A DNA stretch of 6,584 bases from Octopus sinensis. Lineage: Eukaryota. The notes beneath the pieces were generated by a model. It was not told where the DNA came from. It saw only the letters and a program-made list of their open reading frames with translations, and made no database searches. How positions within the stretch are numbered: position 1 is the first letter of the stretch; each line of letters opens with the position of its first letter. The stretch covers positions 1 to 6,584 of the forward strand of contig NW_021829277.1 in the NCBI RefSeq assembly GCF_006345805.1, written 5' to 3'. Positions 1-6,175 of the stretch are shown here, one piece after another. Made by a program: the position numbers and the translations under genes.

Positions 1-191
1 AGGCGAGTGTAGGTTCCTCCAACCGCCTCTCAAGCTTCTTTGATAACACTCACACACTTAATTGCAACGGTCTTTCAGTTTTTCTAAAGACTGTAAAAGA
101 ACCCGGAAGGTTGAACCTACAACCAGGCCTTTCGCGACATCCTTAAAGCCAGGAACTTTTCATAACCGCCCCCCCCCACCTCGTACATTGT

Positions 192-919
192 ACACATTTT
201 AAAGTACGGCTTGGAGATCAAAATTACTGTGATATATCATTCACTTATTTTAAAGAACAAGTTGGAGACTGTGGGAGGCCTTGTACTTATTTTAAAGTAC
301 AATATGAAGATCAAAATAAGTCTGGTATACTCTTTACTCTTTTATTCTTCTACTTGTTTCAGTCATTTGACTGTGGCCATGCTGGAACACCGCCTTTAGT
401 CGAGCAAATCGACTCCAGGACTTATTCTTTGTAATCCTATTCTACTTATTCTATCGGTTACGGGGACGTAAACATACCAGCATCAGTTGTCAAGCGATGT
501 TGGGGGACAAACACAGACACACAAACATACACACACAAACACACACATATATATACACATATATATACATACATATATACGACGGGCTTCTTTCAGTTTC
601 CGTCTACCAAATCCACTCACAAGGCTTTGGTCAACCTGAGGCTATAGTAGAAGATACTTGCCCAAGGAGCCACGCAGTGGGACTGAAACCGGAGCCATGT
701 GGTTGGTAAGCAAGCTACTTACCACACAGCCGCTCCTACGCCTATATACCTTGAACTTATGTTAAAGTACTACTTAGAAATCGAGATGTCTGTGGTATAT
801 CTTACTTATTTCACGAGTAGGAAATCGATATACTTTAAAGCTACAACTTTAAGCACAAGGTCAAGTTACCTATATGCTTTGTAATACTTTTCACTTTAAA
901 GTACAACTTTAAGTACAAG
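192..919. repeat. Degenerate ~45-bp minisatellite-like array (192-330 and 750-919), split by SINE copy A
   Basis: Recurrent acttattttaaagtac-like motif at 197-207, 243-258, 285-300 and 755-770. Units end in gatatatc, ggtatac or ggtatatc. A further direct repeat actttaaag(c)tacaactttaag(c/t)acaag lies at ~833-859 and ~893-919. Confidence 0.55.
331..744 (-). mobile_element. Composite tRNA-headed SINE, copy A (near full length: head, CORE-like motif, microsatellite, body, tail)
   Basis: On - strand: A-box-like gcggctgtgtggt, B-box-like ggtttcagtccc, ccttgggcaagt (as in the MIR CORE), a (TA/TG)n tract, and a tail ggcggtgttccagcatggcc...cagtcaaatgactgaaacaag ending in aagag-type repeats. Homologous to copies B-D. 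Candidate TSD tatac at 326-330 and 745-749. Confidence 0.9.
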
Positions 920-1098
920 TAGGCGTAGGAGCGGCTGTGTGGTAAGTAGCTTGCTTACCAAACACATGGCTCCGGGTTCAGTCCAACTGCGTGGCACCTT
1001 GGGCAAGTGTCTTCTACTATAGCCTCAGGCCGGCCAAAGCCTTGTGAGTGGATTTCGTAGACAGAAACTGAAAGAAGCCCGTCGTATATATATATATA
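920..1098 (+). mobile_element. Composite SINE copy B (head and CORE-like part only)
   Basis: About 10 differences over ~170 nt from the reverse complement of copy A's head. B-box-like gggttcagtcc at 974-984. Ends in (TA)n. Confidence 0.9.
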
Positions 1099-1354
1099 AG
1101 TACATCTGTAGTTTTATCAAAACATTACAACTACATATTGCAATAGCGTTGCAGCTCTGACCATCCCATTTATTACATCTAAAAGGACATTGTTCAATGC
1201 GTTCTTTTTTTTTAAGACAATAGTTGAAGTGATCTAAGAACAATATGGTTGCCTCTTCTCACGGGTCGAATAACCGCAAAGTACCATAAACCACTCTAAT
1301 AAATCGCTGTTGCTAATTTTATTCTCATATCAACTCCGGCCGAACAGATTTGTG

Positions 1355-1653
1355 TGGCGACATATGACCTAGTGGTTAGAGCAGCGGACTCGCGGTCGAG
1401 AGGTCGCAGGTTCGAATCTCAGGCCGGGCGATGTGCGTGTTTATGAGCGAAACACCTAAGCTTCACGCGACTCCGACAGAAGGTAACGGCGAACTTCTGC
1501 TGACTCTTTCGCCACAACTTTCTCTCACTCTTTCCTCCTGCATCTTGCAGCTCACCTGCGATGGACCGGCGTCCCGTCCAGGTGGGGAACCTATACGCCA
1601 AGGAAACCGGGAAACCGGCCCTTATGAGCCAGGCATGGCTCGAGAAGGAAGTT
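1355..1653 (+). mobile_element. tRNA-derived SINE with V-domain-like core and intact 12-bp TSD
   Basis: A box tgacctagtgg 1365-1375 and B box ggttcgaatct 1409-1419. cctgcgatggaccggcgtcccgtccagg (1555-1582) resembles the V-SINE central domain. Perfect TSD aacagatttgtg at 1343-1354 and 1654-1665. Confidence 0.88.
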
Positions 1654-2065
1654 AACAGATTTGTGGTCAAAGGCATTCCAAGGGTTACCATTCTAGCTAT
1701 CTTTTCTGAATGAAAAGTATACTTTCGAAAATACCATCCAACGTGCTCTCATTTGAGGGAGATTTGGTTACCATTTCCAGCTCTTGGTGTAACTACATAT
1801 AACTTCAGTTTGATCATCAATCAAAACTGTCATTGTCTGTCTGTGAAATATTCTTCATATTATCAAGTACTTTTAACATTGCATTATAATAAAAACAGCG
1901 TTGTGTATTGGCGAAATGTTTTTCCTATAACAAATATATTTAATAATATTTGAGATGCACGCTGAACAGCAAGGAACCAAACACAAATATATCCATTCGT
2001 TGAATGTTCTGGCAGATTCGAACAGGAATATCTGATTGCTGCTGTTTCTCTTCATTATAGAAAAA

Positions 2066-2110
2066 CAATGGTTCTCAGTCAGGGTCCATTTGGCCCCTGA
2101 GGGGCCGTAT
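2066..2110 (+). mobile_element. Possible solo hAT-type transposon/MITE terminus
   Basis: caatggttctca resembles the CAGTGGTTCTCA termini of hAT/Charlie elements and is followed by the palindrome ggcccc-tga-ggggcc. No partner TIR or 8-bp TSD found. Confidence 0.35.
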
Positions 2111-2192
2111 AAGATTTTGTTGTTAAAGTTTATGCGCAACAACTTGCTTACACTTCTACAGTACACAAAATGTTTTAGCAATTTTTAATTTA

Positions 2193-2438
2193 TAGGCGTA
2201 GGAGTGACTGTGTGGTAAGTAGCTTGCTTACCAACCACATGGTTCCGGGTTCAGTCCCACTGCGTCGCACCTTGGGCGAGTATCTTCTACTATAGCCTCG
2301 GGCCGACCAATGCCTTATGAGTGAATTTGGTAGAAGGAAACTAAAAGAAGCCCGTGGTATATGTATATATATATGCGTATGTATATGTTTGTGTGCCTGT
2401 GAGTGGATTTGGTAGGCGGAAACTGAAAGAAGCCTGTC

Positions 2439-2472
<34 letters not shown>

Positions 2473-2594
2473 CCCTCTGTGTGTGTGTTTGTGTGTGTGT
2501 GTTTTCCCCCACACTGCTTGACAACCGGTATTGGTGTGTTTATGTCCACGTAACTTAGTAGTTCGGCAAAAAAGGCCGATGGAATAAGTACCAG
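2193..2594 (+). mobile_element. Composite SINE copy C, 5' part
   Basis: Head and CORE-like part 2193-2357, microsatellite, internal duplication 2395-2440, (GT)n(GA)n tract, then body up to gaataagtaccag, where it is interrupted. Confidence 0.9.
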
Positions 2595-3198
2595 ATAAGG
2601 CGGTGAGATGGCAGAAACGTTAGCACGCCGGGTGAAATGCTTAGCGGTATTTCGCTTGTCGTTACGTTGTGAGTTCAAATTCCGCCGAGGTTGACTTTGC
2701 CTTTCATCCTTTCGGGGTCGATAAATTAAGTACCAGTTACGCACTGGGGTCGATGTAATCGACTTAATACCTATGTCTGTCCTTGTTTGTCCCCTCTATG
2801 TTTAGCCCCTTGTGGGTAATAAAGAAATAGGTATTTCGTCTGCCGTTAAGTTCTGAGTTCAAATTCCGCCGAGGTCGACTTTGCCTTTCATCCTTTCGGG
2901 GTCGATAAATTAAGTACCAGTTACACACTGGGGTTGATGTAATCGACTTAATCCGTTTGTCTGTCCTTGTTTGTCCTCTCTGTATCTAGCCCCTTGTGGG
3001 TAGTAAAGAAATAAGTATTTCGTCTGTCGTTACGTTCTGAGTTGGAATTTAGCTGAGGTCGACTTTGCCTTTCATCCTTTCGGGGTCGATTAAATAAGTA
3101 CCAGTTACGCACTGGGGTCGATGCAATCGACTAAATCCGTTTGTCTGTCCTTGTTTGTCTTCTCTATGTTTAGCCCCTTGTGGGCAATAAAGAAATAA
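2595..3198 (+). mobile_element. Meta-domain-like tRNA SINE as a head-to-tail trimer (184-bp period), nested in copy C
   Basis: rgtatttcg recurs at 2646, 2830 and 3014. Only unit 1 has the 5' head (ggcggtgag 2599, A-box-like 2609-2620). B box gagttcaaattcc at 2671-2683 and 2855-2867, degenerate in unit 3. TSD gaataagta(c/t)cag at 2582-2594 and 3199-3211. The Meta-domain assignment (gcctttcatcctttcggggtcgataaattaagtaccag) is from recall. Confidence 0.9.
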
Positions 3199-3322
3199 GA
3201 ATAAGTATCAGCCTCAAAAAAAAAGATAATTAATTAGTACTGGGGCTGACTTATTCGACTGAAAATTATTCAAGGCGGCACTCCAGCATGGCCGCAGTAT
3301 AATGACTGAAACGAGCACAAGA
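3199..3322 (+). mobile_element. Composite SINE copy C, 3' part
   Basis: ctggggctgacttattcgact...aaggcggcactccagcatggccgcagtataatgactgaaacgag matches the tails of copies A and D and resumes right after the trimer. Confidence 0.85.
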
Positions 3323-4205
3323 TTGCACTACAATAGAACTATTGCTGTGGATTGGAAAATGGTTTTTTCCTAACAACAAAATAACACATTACAGATTACA
3401 TCGTTTAAAAAAAACGAAATAAGAAAAATAAATTTTCTTTCTCGCTGTTTCGGATCAGTTTATTTTAAAGCAAACCGAACACTTTGCTTTGCTTTCCTGC
3501 CAGGCACACAGACACACATGCGGACGGGCAGACAGGCAGATATGCCGGCAGACAGACATGCAGGAAGTCAATGAGGAGAATATGATTGCTTTCTACGAGA
3601 AATCTCAACTTAATTTTTTTCTCTCCATGTCACGCAATGGCGCCCGGAAATAAAAGATATTGACTTCCTGTTTTTATGATAACACATAAAAGATTGCATC
3701 TCGATAGTTTTCCTTCAGTTCCTAATTTGCTTTCTTCTTTTACAGATATTTTTTTTTTATCTTTTCCATTTGTTTATTTATTTTCGTCTTTTATATATTT
3801 CTTCTCAACAAAAACTTGTTTTCTCTTGTTTATTTTTCGGCAAATATTATACAGAACTGAGGCTGTTCTCCTCCTCTTTCCTCCGTCTCATAATCAACAT
3901 TCGGTACTCTCCCTTTTCTCTCTTTTTACTCTTTTACTTGTTTCAGTCATTTGACTGCGGCCATGCTGGAGCACCGCCTTTTTAGTCGAACAAATCGACC
4001 CCCGGGACTTATTCTTTGTAAGCCCAGTACTTATTCTATCGGTCTCTTCGCCGAACCCTAAGTAAGGGGACGTGTAAAAACACACCACACCAGATCGGTG
4101 TGTCAAGCAATGCTAGGGGCACAACACAACACACAAAACACACACATACACACACACACACACACATAATATATATATATATATATATTATAATATATAT
4201 ATTAT

Positions 4206-4408
4206 TCAAACAAAAAAAAAAAAAACAAAAAACAAAAACACAACAACGAGAGGACGTGAACAAATAAAGTATTATTGGACGCTCAGGAAAGAGGGAAGAG
4301 GGGGTTTAACGTTTCGAGCGGAGCTCTTCGTCGGAAACATAGGAGAAGGAAAGATCCCGAGAAGGTAAGACAGAGGAAAAAAAATCGCCAGCGGTACTCA
4401 CGAGGTCA
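4206..4408 (-). mobile_element. Hammerhead-bearing fragment, probably a Penelope-like element pseudo-LTR piece
   Basis: Non-SINE sequence bounded by TA/CA microsatellite that contains a minimal hammerhead-like motif. The PLE assignment is inferred from that motif; no RT or GIY-YIG coding sequence seen. Confidence 0.55.
4304..4338 (-). ncRNA. Minimal type I hammerhead ribozyme candidate with variant core
   Basis: - strand reads GUUU CCGACGA A GAGC-UCC-GCUC GAA ACGU U/AAAC: 4-bp stem I, 4-bp stem II, palindromic ACGU stem III. Deviations from consensus are U4C and one extra A. Confidence 0.62.
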
Positions 4409-4620
4409 CATATACACATATAGATATATACATATATACGACAGGCTTCTTTCAGTTTCCGTCTACCAAATCCACTCACAAGGCATTGGTCGGCCCGGGG
4501 CTATAGCAGAAGACACTTGATCAAGGTGCCACGCAGTGGAACTGAACCCAGAACCATGTGGTTGGTAAGCAAGCTACTTACCACACAGCCACTCCTGCGG
4601 CTATATTATTATCCTGCAGT

Positions 4621-4666
4621 AATATCATTATCATCATCATCACACTATCCTTATTATTATTATTAT

Positions 4667-4707
<41 letters not shown>

Positions 4708-4708
4708 T
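4621..4708. repeat. Compound trinucleotide microsatellite (ATC)n-(TTA)n-(TAG)n
   Basis: Directly visible tandem repeats. Confidence 0.95.
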
Positions 4709-4737
4709 TGTGGTTAGGGTGTTGCGCTCACGATATA

Positions 4738-4900
4738 GCGATTTAGTCGAACAAATCGATCCCTTGTCGAACCGCTAGGTTGCAGGGGCATAGATAACCA
4801 CTCCAACATCGGTTGTCAAGCAGTATGGGGAATAAACACAGGGACAAAGACTCACAAACGTACTCACGCACACACAACACACCACACATACACACACCCA
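4738..4900 (-). mobile_element. Diverged composite SINE body fragment (E)
   Basis: tttagtcgaacaaatcga...gaaccgctag...catcggttgtcaagc...gggaataaacaca aligns to the A/D body with an internal deletion. Confidence 0.75.
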
Positions 4901-4904
4901 CACA

Positions 4905-5052
4905 TATATATATTAGATATATATTATATATATATATATATATGTATATAGATATATCTATATATATATTGATATATATATATATATATAGAATGTAATA
5001 TATCTATATATAATATATATATATATATATTATATATACATATTATATATAT
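4905..5052. repeat. Imperfect (TA)n microsatellite
   Basis: Directly visible. Confidence 0.95.
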
Positions 5053-5151
5053 AACAGCAACAATTTAGATTCAAATGAATATGGTACTTAATTTAGATGC
5101 ACCAGAATTTTGTATGGTGTTACCCATAAAATTTGCGGGGTGATTATAATC

Positions 5152-5401
5152 AAAAATAAGCAACAAGAATGACTCCGGTAATTTGGTACAATCGTTTCGT
5201 ACTACATCATTTTATTAAAAGCTGTAAGTATTACAGCAGATTTAAGATTTGAAAGCTTTTATATTATTGGAAAACCTATATAAATTGGCTGAAGAGTACT
5301 CAGCATCTTAAATCTGCTGTAATACTTACAGCTTTTAATAAAATGTTGTAGTACGAAACAGTTGTACCAAATCACCAGAGTCATTCTTGTTTCTTATTTT
5401 T
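5152..5401. repeat. Long inverted repeat: 97-bp arms (5152-5248 and 5305-5401) with a 56-bp spacer
   Basis: Manual alignment of the left arm to the reverse complement of the right arm shows 6 mismatches and no gaps. Confidence 0.95.
5285..5370 (+). ncRNA. Type I hammerhead ribozyme with canonical core and long stem II
   Basis: Stem I UUGG(5285-88)/CCAA(5367-70). CUGAAGA 5289-5295. Stem II gtactcagcat(5296-5306)/atgttg-t-agtac(5343-5354), extended by ttaaa/tttaa and gctgtaa/ttacagc. GAAA 5355-58, stem III ACAGUUGU 5358-65, GUA cleavage triplet 5364-66. Confidence 0.8.
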
Positions 5402-5614
5402 TATGTGTATATATATATATATGTATAACATGCATGTGTGTATGAGTTTGTGTGTGTGCATGTGAAGCATATTTGCTTATTCCATTTTCCTAATGTAATA
5501 TGTAGTCTCAGTTGCTGCTGTATGTTAGTCAAAATACTAAAATTGAGTATTGTGGAATTATTTGTCTAACTTTGTAATTCCGAGTGGCATTTGAAGCACA
5601 TGTTTCCTTCTTTA

Positions 5615-5697
5615 AAATCCACTCAGAATGCGAAGATTTAGTAGAAGATACACGCCAAGGTGCCACGCAGTGGGACTGAACACACAGCCACACCTAT
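5615..5697 (-). mobile_element. Composite SINE head fragment (F) with internal deletion
   Basis: aaatccactca...tagtagaagata...ccaaggtgccacgcagtgggactgaa/cacacagcca...cctat. About 35 nt are missing between ctgaa and cacacagcc relative to copy A. Confidence 0.75.
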
Positions 5698-5724
5698 TTC
5701 ACATGTACGCTTATTACACCACAC

Positions 5725-5885
5725 TCATACATACACACACGTATATTTGTATGTATATATATATGTATGTGTGTATATATGTATGTATGTATTTATGTAT
5801 GTATGTATGTATTTATGTATGTATGTATTTATGTATATATGTTTGTATGTATATATGTATGTATGTATGTATGTATATATGTATG

Positions 5886-5919
<34 letters not shown>

Positions 5920-5972
5920 TGTATGTATGTATGTATGTATGTATGTATGTATGTATGTACACATATATATGT
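5725..5972. repeat. (TATG)n microsatellite
   Basis: Directly visible; it accounts for the Y/M/C/V- and H/T/Y/I-rich ORFs in the track. Confidence 0.97.
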
Positions 5973-6045
5973 AATAGTCATAACAGTATTCGCTCTGTTA
6001 CACATAAGATTAGTTTTCATTAAATATTAAAGATTTCAGACTTAC

Positions 6046-6064
6046 CTGATGTTGAGAACGATGC
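6046..6064 (-). other. Candidate 19-nt micro-exon of a - strand host gene
   Basis: - strand reads a U-rich pyrimidine tract (tttttcca, T-run, atcag) | gcatcgttctcaacatcag | gtaagt, giving a canonical acceptor and a perfect CAG/GTAAGT donor. Confidence 0.5.
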
Positions 6065-6175
6065 CTGATAAAAAAAAATGGAAAAATATACATATAAATC
6101 TTTATACATATATACATACCTATATATACATCCCTATATATAAATACCAGCCAATAGCAACCACTGAAAAGAACC

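Larger units (their letters stand above)
3905..4604 (-). mobile_element. Composite SINE copy D (full length, with an insertion in its central microsatellite)
   Basis: Tail and body 3905-4140 and CORE-like/head 4439-4604 both align to copy A. 4206-4408 is foreign sequence inside the CA/TA tract. Confidence 0.9.

Noticed and set aside
1356-1430. Possible tRNA gene
   Set aside because: A and B boxes are present, but the acceptor, anticodon and T stems do not pair. It is a SINE head.
1419-1691. Overlapping ORFs 1431-1655 (+) and 1419-1691 (-)
   Set aside because: They lie essentially within the TSD-bounded SINE and have no recognisable domain.
1186-1785. Two possible old-repeat remnants (~1186-1280 and ~1745-1785)
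   Set aside because: They resemble a remembered octopus repeat only weakly and cannot be supported from this window alone.
2190-2744. 184-aa - strand ORF
   Set aside because: It is the antisense reading of two nested SINEs and a microsatellite (HTHT runs).
2646-3198. CRISPR array or hammerhead retrozyme tandem
   Set aside because: The units are contiguous 184-bp copies without unique spacers, in a eukaryotic context. No CUGANGA/GAAA core was found on either strand of the unit.
3440-3462. ctgatccgaaac on the - strand as a hammerhead remnant
   Set aside because: CUGAUCC lacks G8/A9, and there is no stem II or supporting stem I.
3676-4263. Hydrophobic, transmembrane-looking ORFs (3676-3954, 3770-3985, 4036-4263)
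   Set aside because: They arise from T-rich low-complexity sequence and microsatellites.
4275-4746. Basic ORF 4275-4520 and poly-I/L/V ORF 4558-4746
   Set aside because: They cross element boundaries. The composition comes from purine-rich and trinucleotide repeats.
5181-5304. Second complete hammerhead on the - strand
   Set aside because: The left arm supplies GAAA, stem III and GUA, but there is no CUGANGA upstream on that strand (only CUGAGUA).
5628-6030. Multiple 63-131 aa ORFs on both strands
   Set aside because: They are translations of the stop-free (TATG)n microsatellite.
6159-6166. aaccactg as the partner TIR of the hAT-like end at 2066
   Set aside because: The match is short, about 4 kb away, and has no shared 8-bp TSD.
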